The notes under the pieces were generated by a model, which saw only the letters and a list, made by a program, of their open reading frames with translations, searched no databases and was not told where the DNA came from. Made by a program: the position numbers and the translations under genes. A stretch of DNA of 16,315 bases, from positions 1 through 16,315 of the IMG/VR virus record IMGVR_UViG_3300024265_000603. The stretch is one strand, 5' to 3'. Numbering within the stretch: position 1 is the stretch's first letter; every line of letters starts with the position of its first letter. Shown piece by piece: positions 5,189-14,639 of this stretch.

Positions 5189-7125
5189 AAAATAATTTTC
5201 ATGAATTTAGAAAGAATAAGAAGTTAAAGATTCAATCTAATTTCATTTTTGTTGATACTGAAAGTTTCTCTAATAAGAATATTCCTAATAAAGAAATCTT
5301 AACCTTTAAAGTAGGTTGCTTAATTACATGGAATAAAGAAAGTAATGAAATAAATAAAAATACTTTTTATGATGTAAAAGATTATTGGAAAACTGTAGAA
5401 AAGTGTTTTTCTAAGGATAAAAGAAATCTTATTATGTTTGCTCACAATACTCAATTTGATTTTCTTATGTTAGATGGCTTTAACCAATTATTACATAATG
5501 GATGGCAATTAAAAAGCCATTATGTAAAAAGCAAAACTTTTATTCTTGTATTTAAAAAATTATGTATAGATAATAAATATTATACCTTACATATTTGGGA
5601 TACTATGAATTATGTACCGGAATCATTAGATAAAATTGGCATATCTGTTGGTTATCCTAAATTATCTATAGATTTTGATAAAGTTTCAGATAAAGAACTT
5701 GAAATATATTGTATGAGAGATACAGAAATTATATATGAATTTATTAAAAAATTAATTAATTTCTTAGAAGTTAATGATTTAAGTAGACTAAAAGCTACTT
5801 CTGGAAGTTTATCTTTTAATACTTTTAGACATAAATTCTATAAACCAGAAACACATAAGATTTATATTCATGATTGGAAAAGAGCAATAAAGTTAGAACG
5901 TGAAAGTTATAAAGGTGGAATTACTGATTGTTTTAAAATAGGTACTCATAAAGATTTGTATAAACTTGATATTAATTCTATGTATCCATCAATAATGAGA
6001 AAATCTTTATTACCTATAAAATTATTATTTAGTTCGCATGAATCTAATTATTCTCAAAAAGATTTATTCAAAATATATAAATTAAGTGTGAAAAAAGGTT
6101 ATGGCTGTATAATAAAAGCAACAATTAATCTTAATTATAACAATCCTTATATTCTACATAATTTTGGTACTGGTAAAGCTTTATTTAGTTATGGTACATT
6201 TAAAGTAAGTATTTGTCAACCAGAAATAGATTTTATTATGAAATATGGAAAAATATTAACTATTCATGAGATTAATGTGTATAAAATGAAAGTTATTTTT
6301 AAGGATTTTGTTGATTTCTTTTATAAAATAAAAACTGATTCTCAAAAAAATAATGATAAAATTACCACCAGATTTGCTAAACTTATGCTTAATACTCAAT
6401 ATGGTAAATGGGGTCAAAGACAACTTGACTACATGAGTTTAGATATTACACATAAATTTATGATTGAATTTCAAGAAGTAATTAAACTTATGATAATTAA
6501 AATGAAAGAAAAATTACCTAATTTCAATTTAAGTAAAGATATAGTTTATTTAGGGTCAATTATTAATGAGGGTGAACTTTATATAGTAAATGGTAAATTA
6601 TATTTACTGAAACAAACAAACAGTAATGCTAAAGATTCTTTTGTTGCCATAGCTTCTTTTATTACATCATATTCAAGAATGTTATTAATAGACTATTTAA
6701 AAATAGCTAAAAGAAAAAATGTCTTTTATGTTGATACTGATTCTTTATTTGTAAATCAATCTGGATATAATAATCTTGAAAAAGATGATTGTATTAATGA
6801 ATTTGGATTAGGAAAGTTAAAACTTGAAGAAACTGGTGTAGGAAGCTTCTACGCACCTAAATTCTATGATTTTAATGATAATCGTAAAATTAAAGGTATT
6901 AATCAAAAATCATCTATTATTCTACTTGAAAATAATAAGAAAGTAGTTTATCAAGTTCATTTATGGAAAAAATTTAAATCAAACCTTAAAGATGGATATA
7001 AACCAGAACAAGAAATCCAAACAACAACAAAAGAAAGTAAAAAATATTATGATAAGGGTAAAATAGATGATTTTAATAATGTAATACCTTTCTCTGTTAG
7101 AGAAATTGAACTTATGATTAAATAA
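5185..7125 (+). CDS. polB: Protein-primed family B DNA polymerase (~646 aa if initiated at ATA 5185)
   Basis: ExoI FVDTE (5248-5262), ExoII AHNTQFD, ExoIII YCMRD, SYKGG, PolA LDINSMYP, PolB KLMLNTQYGKWG, PolC YVDTDS, KGI; frame open from 5155; the first ATG (5434) would delete ExoI; start position is inferred. Confidence 0.95.
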   Translation: MKNNFHEFRKNKKLKIQSNFIFVDTESFSNKNIPNKEILTFKVGCLITWNKESNEINKNTFYDVKDYWKTVEKCFSKDKRNLIMFAHNTQFDFLMLDGFNQLLHNGWQLKSHYVKSKTFILVFKKLCIDNKYYTLHIWDTMNYVPESLDKIGISVGYPKLSIDFDKVSDKELEIYCMRDTEIIYEFIKKLINFLEVNDLSRLKATSGSLSFNTFRHKFYKPETHKIYIHDWKRAIKLERESYKGGITDCFKIGTHKDLYKLDINSMYPSIMRKSLLPIKLLFSSHESNYSQKDLFKIYKLSVKKGYGCIIKATINLNYNNPYILHNFGTGKALFSYGTFKVSICQPEIDFIMKYGKILTIHEINVYKMKVIFKDFVDFFYKIKTDSQKNNDKITTRFAKLMLNTQYGKWGQRQLDYMSLDITHKFMIEFQEVIKLMIIKMKEKLPNFNLSKDIVYLGSIINEGELYIVNGKLYLLKQTNSNAKDSFVAIASFITSYSRMLLIDYLKIAKRKNVFYVDTDSLFVNQSGYNNLEKDDCINEFGLGKLKLEETGVGSFYAPKFYDFNDNRKIKGINQKSSIILLENNKKVVYQVHLWKKFKSNLKDGYKPEQEIQTTTKESKKYYDKGKIDDFNNVIPFSVREIELMIK

Positions 7126-7151
7126 AAGATATTTTTTAAAAAAATTTCAGT

Positions 7152-7166
7152 AAAAAACTTTAAAAG
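7152..7166 (+). promoter_or_regulatory. Putative BRE/TATA promoter for the capsid and structural genes
   Basis: AAAAAAC-TTTAAAAG in the polB-MCP intergenic gap; SD-like AAGTTGA at 7217-7223. Confidence 0.5.
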
Positions 7167-7229
7167 TGAACATATCTTATTATTAATTAACTTTACCTAA
7201 AAATTTTTCATTTAAAAAGTTGATTTTTC

Positions 7230-7472
7230 ATGGCAAATGACATAAAAAGGGTAATTTTAATTGCTGTTGCTTTAATGGTAATTGGTGTTATTATCCCTAT
7301 TGCTGTTGGTTTAGTTGCGAATGCGGGAAATGTAGTGGTTAATTCTACGAGTGGTGAGAGATTGTCTGCTATAGCAGACCCTTCTGTTGTACTAATGATT
7401 GAAGTCTTGATTCCTATAATTGCTGTAATTGCTATTGTTTTAATGTTTTTACCAAGTAAAACTGGTACTTAA
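7230..7472 (+). CDS. Major capsid protein, spindle-shaped virus type (His1 major capsid protein/SSV1 VP1-like helical hairpin)
   Basis: 80 aa; two long hydrophobic helices (...VIGVIIPIA... and ...VLIPIIAVIAIVL) joined by a loop with an N-S-T sequon; own promoter and terminator; first gene of the structural block. Confidence 0.8.
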   Translation: MANDIKRVILIAVALMVIGVIIPIAVGLVANAGNVVVNSTSGERLSAIADPSVVLMIEVLIPIIAVIAIVLMFLPSKTGT

Positions 7473-7504
7473 TAAACCAGTATTTACTATTTTTTTATTT
7501 TTTT
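7461..7504 (+). terminator. Putative terminator after the capsid gene
   Basis: ACTGGT/ACCAGT inverted repeat followed by oligo-T tracts at about 7490-7504. Confidence 0.55.
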
Positions 7505-7510
7505 ATTAAG

Positions 7511-7681
7511 GTGGTTAAGATAACAGAAAATAAAAAACTAACACCACACCAAAAAGCTATTAAAGTAAATTCTGAAAAAGAAGCTAATTTAGTTAATAAA
7601 GAATTAATCTATATTATTAAAGCCATGTTATTATCTTTTCTATTTATGACATTCATAATTATATTGATTAGAGGTTTTTAA
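7511..7681 (+). CDS. Small protein with a C-terminal TM helix (start GTG 7511 or ATA 7520)
   Basis: Hand-translated ...ITENKKLTPHQKAIKVNSEKEANLVNKELIYIIKAMLLSFLFMTFIIILIRGF; TAATG overlap with the next gene. Confidence 0.65.
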   Translation: MVKITENKKLTPHQKAIKVNSEKEANLVNKELIYIIKAMLLSFLFMTFIIILIRGF

Positions 7682-10600
7682 TGAAAAAATTTAAAAGTTC
7701 TTTAGTTCTATTATTTGTTTTAATTGTTTTTACCTTATCAAGTATTCCTTTAAATGTAAAAGGAGTTTTACCAGATTCCATAGACTATACGTTTGCTAAT
7801 AATAATTTATATGATACAACTAAACCAATTTTCAATGAATCTACTAATGTGAATGTTAGAGATGTAAGTGAATATACTCAATTTTATAATGCCACTTTTG
7901 ATTTTAATAATGAAATAGTTGGTACAAATGGAACAAACATAGACTTTATAGATTTAGCCACTATTGGTGTAGATACTACAATTCAAATAATCTCATTATT
8001 GAACGGACATAGGAAAGTCTTAGAGTTAAATGATAATGATGTAGGGGCAGAAGTTATAGGACAAAATACATTTGATTCTACTCGATTATTTGGTACTATT
8101 GAGCTTTTTATTCGAAATACGGATACATCTCTAAGAACAGATATTTTAATTAGAAGTGGTATTACTAATGCTTTACAAGTTGCGATAGCAGGAAATACAG
8201 CAAATCAACTTCAATATTTTGATGGTATTTGGAATAATATTGTTTCAATTATAGATAATATTTGGTATCATATTAGAATAGATTTTGAGTGTGGTGCTGA
8301 TGGTTATGAAAGTCTCGCACCAGATACATTTCATATTTATGTTAATGGAATAAAGTATTCTGATTTATCTTTTAGGAATACTGTATCAACTGTTAATAAT
8401 TTAAGACTTCAAACAAATGTAGGGAATAGTGGTTATTTTACCTATTTTGATGCTATTGGTTATAGTTGGTTTAAACCAAATTATAATTTTACTAATGATG
8501 TTATTGGAAGTTTTCCAGAGTTTTGGATAAATAATGATGATTTTCCAAATATGACAACTGTTATAGCTTCTTTAGATGGTAATACTAAAGTAATGGAAAT
8601 GAATGATTTTACCAGAGACGGTACAACTTCCAGTAGTCTTTCTTTTAATAGGAATCAAGATGGCTTTATTCAATTTCTTATAGCAAAAGATAATTTATCT
8701 AATGATGCCCATGGAAGGTTTAGATTTCAAGAAGGTAATAATGAAAGAATGAGATTTAGTTTTATTGGTGCTGATTTATATTACCTTCACGCAAATACAA
8801 GTACCGAATTATTTGTTAGTAATGCTTTAAGTTTAATAAATACTTTTACTGATTTTAAATTTGTTTTAGATGATACTAATAATGAAGTGGATTTATATAT
8901 TGATGATATTCTTAAACAGTCTAATGTAAATTATTTTACTAACACAGTAGATACAATTAATAAAATAACTATTCAAACCGTAGAAGCTTCAGTACCAGAT
9001 TCAATTTATAGAATGTTTTTTGATGATTTTGATTTTAATCATTTAACCATAAATACCTCAATTAATAATATTATACCTCACATTGAAACTAATCCTTTTT
9101 TAAAAGAAGTGGATACATTTACTTTCGATTTAGTTTCTGCTAACACCCTTTATGATATAGGTACTGATAATCCTTCTGGTTGGTCTGATGTAGAAAATGG
9201 TTTTGACCATACTAATATAGCGCAAGATAATACAGATATACCTTCAGGAAGTAGAACTAATAACAGAGTAGTTCAAATTGAAGGTGTTGGTTCTGATAAT
9301 GCTATTAGTGGAATAGAAAAAGATTTTAATATTTCAAGTGGAATTTTTAATATTACAATGAAATATAATTATAGTTTAAATAATAATGATTTAGGAAGTT
9401 TTATTATTTCTATTTTTACTCAAAATTTACAATTACAAGTAAAAATTAATTGTACTTTTGTAAATGCTATATTTGGTAACCAACTTGATTATAGAAATTC
9501 AAGTTTTAAAAATGTAGAATTAATTCCATTTTTAGATTCTACTATTGCTATAAACCAAGAAGTTAGTTATAATATATACATAGATTCTTTTGTTGTATTT
9601 AGAGCAACAACAGAAGGAAGTTTAGGATTCCATTCTTATAATTTTACTTTTCCTTTAATAAATCCAGATTCTTTTGGTTTAGGTAAAATAATGATTATTT
9701 CTGACCCTACAAATGTAGGTGGTACATTTCAAACAATAGAGCTTAAAGAAGTAGGTGTTTATCATAACGGAATTTCTTTATCTGATGATTTTGGTTATTT
9801 ACCTTCAGTAATTTCTGATAATGCTTCTTTCTTTTGGCAATTTTTAGCACATAATTTAATAACAATAGAAGTTTTAGGTAATATGGCAATTCATGCCACT
9901 TCTTTTAATGAGTGGATATTAGGTGGTAATATGGAAGTTATAAGTAATATGGACACTTTTAATTTAACTCAGAGAATAATTAATGTTTATTTTCAAGATT
10001 TTGTTCATTTTGGCTTTTTAGGTATCCCTACACCTATGATTGTATTTTTTATTACTTCTCAATTTAATTTAACAAGTATAAGTATTAATGGAATAAAGTT
10101 TTCTGATGATACCCCTCACGATTTTGGTTTTCTTGCTTATGAATCTGGTGGTGTAGATAATAATGTAAGTTATTTCTTTTTAGATTCAAGTAATACATTA
10201 AAATATTTTCATACTACTGATGATAATAATGTAAATGAATTTATTCAGGCTGAGTTAGTTATTGGTGGTTTAGACACTAATAATACAGCAATACAGTTTA
10301 ATTCTAATAAAGATAATAATGCCTTTGGTTTTTTCAGAGTAAGTTATGTATCAACATCAACTATATTTAAAATACAATCAATTTTTAAAACTACTATATC
10401 TATATTACCTAATTCTAAATCTATTATTTCATATATAATTTTAATAACTGATAATAATGATAATACTGTTTCTGGTTTAACAACTGGTTTTGTTTCTAAT
10501 ATTAAATTATTATTTACTGAACAACAAATAGTTTCTGTAATTACATTTTCTTTATTATCTGTTTTAATTCCTTTAATTATTATATTAATACCAAGTTTAG

Positions 10601-10764
10601 CATTAAGAATGACAATTGGTAAATTTGCTTTTATTCCATCTTTTATATTAATGACAATTATTTCCATTATAAGTGGCTTAATACCAACTTGGTTATTTTT
10701 TGTAATTATGTTATCAAGTTCGTTATTTATATTTAATGAAAAAGATAATAGAGTTGATATATAA
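7681..10764 (+). CDS. Large membrane-anchored adhesin/receptor-binding glycoprotein with tandem lectin (LamG/ConA)-like domains
   Basis: N-terminal signal peptide; beta-rich body with WYHIRIDF...FHIYVNG; ~19 N-x-S/T sequons counted by eye; three C-terminal TM segments. Confidence 0.8.
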   Translation: MKKFKSSLVLLFVLIVFTLSSIPLNVKGVLPDSIDYTFANNNLYDTTKPIFNESTNVNVRDVSEYTQFYNATFDFNNEIVGTNGTNIDFIDLATIGVDTTIQIISLLNGHRKVLELNDNDVGAEVIGQNTFDSTRLFGTIELFIRNTDTSLRTDILIRSGITNALQVAIAGNTANQLQYFDGIWNNIVSIIDNIWYHIRIDFECGADGYESLAPDTFHIYVNGIKYSDLSFRNTVSTVNNLRLQTNVGNSGYFTYFDAIGYSWFKPNYNFTNDVIGSFPEFWINNDDFPNMTTVIASLDGNTKVMEMNDFTRDGTTSSSLSFNRNQDGFIQFLIAKDNLSNDAHGRFRFQEGNNERMRFSFIGADLYYLHANTSTELFVSNALSLINTFTDFKFVLDDTNNEVDLYIDDILKQSNVNYFTNTVDTINKITIQTVEASVPDSIYRMFFDDFDFNHLTINTSINNIIPHIETNPFLKEVDTFTFDLVSANTLYDIGTDNPSGWSDVENGFDHTNIAQDNTDIPSGSRTNNRVVQIEGVGSDNAISGIEKDFNISSGIFNITMKYNYSLNNNDLGSFIISIFTQNLQLQVKINCTFVNAIFGNQLDYRNSSFKNVELIPFLDSTIAINQEVSYNIYIDSFVVFRATTEGSLGFHSYNFTFPLINPDSFGLGKIMIISDPTNVGGTFQTIELKEVGVYHNGISLSDDFGYLPSVISDNASFFWQFLAHNLITIEVLGNMAIHATSFNEWILGGNMEVISNMDTFNLTQRIINVYFQDFVHFGFLGIPTPMIVFFITSQFNLTSISINGIKFSDDTPHDFGFLAYESGGVDNNVSYFFLDSSNTLKYFHTTDDNNVNEFIQAELVIGGLDTNNTAIQFNSNKDNNAFGFFRVSYVSTSTIFKIQSIFKTTISILPNSKSIISYIILITDNNDNTVSGLTTGFVSNIKLLFTEQQIVSVITFSLLSVLIPLIIILIPSLALRMTIGKFAFIPSFILMTIISIISGLIPTWLFFVIMLSSSLFIFNEKDNRVDI

Positions 10765-10991
10765 TTCCAACAGAAATAGATTGGTTAATAGGTTTATCTT
10801 TAATGTTTGCTTTAGCTTTATTATTAACTTCAATGACTTATCAAAATATAGAAACATTTTTTATATTTCTAAATATATTTGCTGGTTTTATGGTTTGGTC
10901 AGGTTTAATAGAGCTATGGGTATTAGTACTTACTACAATTGTTTTGGTTTTTATTATTGGTAATAATGTATATAAAAAAAGAGGTTTTTAA
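10761..10991 (+). CDS. Small multi-TM virion/morphogenesis membrane protein
   Basis: Track ORF 10803..10991; frame is open upstream to ATA 10761, which follows SD-like GAGTTGA. Confidence 0.75.
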   Translation: MIPTEIDWLIGLSLMFALALLLTSMTYQNIETFFIFLNIFAGFMVWSGLIELWVLVLTTIVLVFIIGNNVYKKRGF

Positions 10992-10994
10992 AAA

Positions 10995-11444
10995 ATGCTT
11001 ATAGGATTAAGTTTATTTGTAATAATTATATTAGGTTTTCTTTCCATTATGTTGGGAAGTGAGTATTTAGCTAATACTATAAATGTTGGAATTGATAACA
11101 CTTCACTTGTAAATGGTTCAATTACTACTTATGTTGTAGAAACAGAAACAGTTTTATTTGAAATAGATACTTCTGTTTTTATTGTTGCGGGAATTGCTTT
11201 ATTGATAACTGTTGCCATTGTTGCGGGAATTACTGGAATTCAAGTTTTGGGTTCTGGTTTAAACAGTGAAAGTGTTAAAATAATAATTATGATAACAGCT
11301 TTTACAGGAATTTGGATTACTCTGTCAATAATAGCTATTAATTTAATTTCCAGTATAGCTATTTTTGGAAGTATTATTTATATAGGATTAACACTAATGT
11401 ATGTAATTGGTGTAGTACAGAAATTAACTGGAGGTGGTGGATAA
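10995..11444 (+). CDS. Multi-TM membrane protein (putative minor virion protein)
   Basis: About four hydrophobic segments; NTS and NGS sequons; SD GAGGT. Confidence 0.85.
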   Translation: MLIGLSLFVIIILGFLSIMLGSEYLANTINVGIDNTSLVNGSITTYVVETETVLFEIDTSVFIVAGIALLITVAIVAGITGIQVLGSGLNSESVKIIIMITAFTGIWITLSIIAINLISSIAIFGSIIYIGLTLMYVIGVVQKLTGGGG

Positions 11445-11777
11445 ATGATTGATTTCTTACAAGCAGAACCATTTCCACCAACAGATATAGAAGCTGTAGC
11501 AATAACTAATATAGGTTTAATGTATGCTCATATATTTATTTTGATTTTTTTATTACTATTAATGTTATTTTTATATTTAAAATCATCAAAAGAATTAAAG
11601 GAAGGTTTACCAATATTAGTAATATATCTGTTTTCATTATTAATTGGAATAAAAAGTTTTGAGCATCCACATACACCATTTAGCCCTTTACTTGAATCAT
11701 TTTTTCTAATATTTCAAACAGTTATATTCTTATTAACAGCTTTTAATGTATATGATAATAAAATGAAAAGTAGATAA
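11445..11777 (+). CDS. Three-TM membrane protein
   Basis: Hydrophobic; SD GGAGGTGG; abuts the upstream stop. Confidence 0.85.
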   Translation: MIDFLQAEPFPPTDIEAVAITNIGLMYAHIFILIFLLLLMLFLYLKSSKELKEGLPILVIYLFSLLIGIKSFEHPHTPFSPLLESFFLIFQTVIFLLTAFNVYDNKMKSR

Positions 11778-11780
11778 ACT

Positions 11781-12182
11781 ATGTTTAATAAAAAGAAAAG
11801 ATATTTGGCAATTTTTTTAATAAAAGAACAAAATTCTTTTACCATTGTTGGAAAAAAATTATTTAATCCTAATAATCCAGAGATTAGTTATAGTGGTAAA
11901 GCTTATATTATTAAAACAGATAAATCTACTTATTCAAAAGGATTAACTCAATTTTATTTCTTAATAAAAGATACTAAACAACAACTATTATTTAGTAAAC
12001 ACGAGAAATCTGATTTAATAGATACGGCTTTAGTGGATTCTATATTATCGAAAAAGATAATCAAACAATTAACTTCAGATTTAGGTAATACAGATTATCG
12101 GTCAATTATCTTTTATTTGATAATAGGATTAACTATTGGTGGTTTAATAGGTTTTATAATTGGTAAAGGTGGTTTTGGATAA
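11781..12182 (+). CDS. Protein with a C-terminal TM anchor (morphogenesis module)
   Basis: Soluble N-terminal domain plus a Gly-rich C-terminal hydrophobic helix. Confidence 0.85.
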   Translation: MFNKKKRYLAIFLIKEQNSFTIVGKKLFNPNNPEISYSGKAYIIKTDKSTYSKGLTQFYFLIKDTKQQLLFSKHEKSDLIDTALVDSILSKKIIKQLTSDLGNTDYRSIIFYLIIGLTIGGLIGFIIGKGGFG

Positions 12183-12539
12183 ATGTCAATTGAAAATGAA
12201 CTTCCAGATTTACTTTCTAATCCTTTAAGTGAATTATCCAGAGATAAAAATATTACTTTACAACAAATATTAAATAATCTATTAGACGGAAGTAAAGACT
12301 TAGAGTTAAAGACACATATATTTAAACCTAAAGCTTTAAGTGGATTAAAGATAATTGCTGATGCTTTAATGAGTAAAGGGTATAAAACTTCCGCAAATCA
12401 TATTCTAAATTATATTGATACTTATCTTAAATACATGGTTAGTTATCAGAGAAAAAGTAGAACCGAAATAATTAAAGCTTTTACTATGTCAAGCAGAAAA
12501 GAAGTAATGGATAACGATTTTACAAAAAGTTTGGATTAA
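12183..12539 (+). CDS. Hypothetical helical protein preceding the ATPase
   Basis: Track ORF; coupled to both neighbours. Confidence 0.85.
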   Translation: MSIENELPDLLSNPLSELSRDKNITLQQILNNLLDGSKDLELKTHIFKPKALSGLKIIADALMSKGYKTSANHILNYIDTYLKYMVSYQRKSRTEIIKAFTMSSRKEVMDNDFTKSLD

Positions 12540-13231
12540 TGTTAGTAATTATACTTGGCAATTTAGGGAGCGGTAAAACTTATATTATGATGTTATTAGC
12601 TTATCAAGATAAAAGACAAATATTATCTAATTTTAATATAAAAAGAAAGAATGTAAAGGTAATTGATGTACCAGATTTACTTGATTTACCAGATGATATA
12701 GTTTTATTAATGGATGAAGCTTATAGTTGGATTGAATCCAGAAGTAGTCTTGATTCATTGAATAAATATTTATCAAGTGTTTTATTCCATATTAGAAAAA
12801 CCAATACTGATATTTATATTACTACACCAATGTATTCTACAATAGATAAAAGGTTTCGAAATCAGGCTAATTATATAATTTTTTGTAAACATAGAAATAA
12901 TTTTGAATCTGATGATTTTCATTTTTTATTCTATGATGTAAATAATAGAACTTATGGAATTAGTACACTAAAGTATTCTGAAGCTAAAAAATACTTTCAT
13001 TTATATGATACTAATGAAAAAGTAGAATCATACAAGAAAAGAGGTTTACAATTCAATATCTTAAAAAAATATCCAGAAAGAATGAAAGAATATATAAAAC
13101 AAATATCAAAATTAGCAAATAAACAATTAAATGGTAATATTACTCACGACAGAGTAAAGAAATTTCTATTTGATAATGGAATTGATTTAGGTTTTCATTC
13201 ATTTCTATATATAGATTTAAAAGGTAATTAA
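12539..13231 (+). CDS. P-loop morphogenesis/extrusion ATPase (Zot/inovirus pI-like, as in spindle-shaped viruses)
   Basis: Walker A GNLGSGKT at the N-terminus, Walker B LLMDEA, HIRK and IDKRFR motifs. Confidence 0.88.
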   Translation: MLVIILGNLGSGKTYIMMLLAYQDKRQILSNFNIKRKNVKVIDVPDLLDLPDDIVLLMDEAYSWIESRSSLDSLNKYLSSVLFHIRKTNTDIYITTPMYSTIDKRFRNQANYIIFCKHRNNFESDDFHFLFYDVNNRTYGISTLKYSEAKKYFHLYDTNEKVESYKKRGLQFNILKKYPERMKEYIKQISKLANKQLNGNITHDRVKKFLFDNGIDLGFHSFLYIDLKGN

Positions 13232-13232
13232 A

Positions 13233-13406
13233 ATGATAACAACAATAAAGATAACAAAATATATTAAATTACAACAATGTTCTAATCATGGTTTAAAGGT
13301 TTTCTTAAAATATAAGGGTAAATGGATAATGATTAAATTAACAAATTATCAAGTAGAATTATTACAATATATATTAAATATTATAAATGGTAAACATGAA
13401 AAATAA
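13233..13406 (+). CDS. 57-aa basic hypothetical protein (MITTIKITKYIKLQQCSNHG...)
   Basis: Hand-translated; SD-like AAGGT; fills the gap after the ATPase. Confidence 0.55.
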   Translation: MITTIKITKYIKLQQCSNHGLKVFLKYKGKWIMIKLTNYQVELLQYILNIINGKHEK

Positions 13407-14202
13407 ACTAAAAAGAATTTTTGCTTCGGTTAGATATTCATTAATGTTTAAAACAATGAAATATATAACACCAATAATGTATGAAAAGTTTATTATCTTA
13501 AATAATATCTGGAAAAGTAAAAATCATATTGGTGGCAAATTAGATAATGTAAATAGAATTCCAAGACCAGCAATATTATTTATAAAAAAATATTTTAAAG
13601 ATAAACTAATTACTGGATTAGAATTAGGTGTTAAATTAGGTAAAAATTCTGAAAGTATTCTAAAAGAGTTAAATATTCAAACTCTTTATCTGATTGATGC
13701 TTGGGATGATTATGTTGCGAATGAAATAACTAAAGAAGGGCAAAAAAGACATTACTTACTTACATTGAAAAAATTTAAAGATGATAATAGAGTAAAAATA
13801 ATAAAGGGTTTTTCCGAAAATATTGTTCATAGATTTGATAATGAGAGTTTGGATTTTGTATATATTGACGGAAATCATAGTTATGATTTTGTTTATCAAG
13901 ATATAACTATATGGAGTAAAAAAGTAAAACAAAATGGAATTATATCTGGTCACGATATTTTTAATTTTAATGATGTATTATCAGCTGTTAAGAAGTGGAG
14001 TATAAAAAATCAATATAATTTCTTTATAAAACCACCAGATTGGTATATTATAAAGAAAGATATTATTACTTGTAAAGAATGTAGTTATTGTAATAAAGAA
14101 TTAGATATATGTACTTATGAAAGTATTGAGAAATTATCAAATAAAAATCTTGAAATTTGTATTTGTTTTATGCCAATAATGAATTATAATATAAGAAAAT
14201 GA
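13387..14202 (+). CDS. Class I SAM-dependent methyltransferase (Methyltransf_24-like) with a Cys-rich C-terminal tail
   Basis: GLELGVKLG, LYLIDAW, LDFVYIDGNHSY and GIISGHD motifs; CKECSYC...C...CIC tail; start 13387 or 13396. Confidence 0.88.
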   Translation: MVNMKNKLKRIFASVRYSLMFKTMKYITPIMYEKFIILNNIWKSKNHIGGKLDNVNRIPRPAILFIKKYFKDKLITGLELGVKLGKNSESILKELNIQTLYLIDAWDDYVANEITKEGQKRHYLLTLKKFKDDNRVKIIKGFSENIVHRFDNESLDFVYIDGNHSYDFVYQDITIWSKKVKQNGIISGHDIFNFNDVLSAVKKWSIKNQYNFFIKPPDWYIIKKDIITCKECSYCNKELDICTYESIEKLSNKNLEICICFMPIMNYNIRK

Positions 14203-14327
14203 AAACTAATAAATTAAAAATGTGTTGGATTAAAGGGAATCCATGTTTTAACCAAACCAATGATGTAAGAAAATGTATTGAATGTAGTATATGGAGTAAA
14301 GAATATAGAAATAATAATAATAATTAA
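14199..14327 (+). CDS. 42-aa four-cysteine metal-binding peptide (CWIKGNPC...CIEC)
   Basis: Hand-translated; ATGA overlap with the methyltransferase stop. Confidence 0.6.
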   Translation: MKTNKLKMCWIKGNPCFNQTNDVRKCIECSIWSKEYRNNNNN

Positions 14328-14329
14328 CT

Positions 14330-14599
14330 ATGAAAAATAAATATAAATTCTTAATTTGTATTATAGCATTAGGAATATTAGCTTCAGTTTCTTTAATTGT
14401 ACCAAGTGAATCTAAAATGGTAATACCTTCTAAAGTAATTAATTCTACTTGTATTGGAATGTGTGGAAGTAAACCTTTACAAGATATAGAGTTTTTTATA
14501 TTTTTAACAGTATTATTACCTTTATTTGCTATAGTACTTTTTATTTTTCTATTTATGTTTGATAAGGATAAAAAGAAAAATAAGATTAATCGTGAATAA
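14330..14599 (+). CDS. Two-TM membrane protein
   Basis: Two hydrophobic helices; loop with NST and CxxxC; basic tail. Confidence 0.7.
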   Translation: MKNKYKFLICIIALGILASVSLIVPSESKMVIPSKVINSTCIGMCGSKPLQDIEFFIFLTVLLPLFAIVLFIFLFMFDKDKKKNKINRE

Positions 14600-14639
14600 T
14601 TGTTTACCATTAACAGTTTAATGATTAAATGTTTCATAA

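Noticed and set aside
10344-10667. 107-aa - strand ORF
   Set aside because: Antisense shadow of the adhesin C-terminus
10736-10963. 75-aa + strand ORF
   Set aside because: Alternative frame overlapping the more plausible membrane protein 10761/10803..10991
13756-13953. 65-aa - strand ORF
   Set aside because: Antisense to the methyltransferase core motifs
14248-14637. 129-aa - strand ORF
   Set aside because: Antisense to two coupled + strand genes; low-complexity Tyr run
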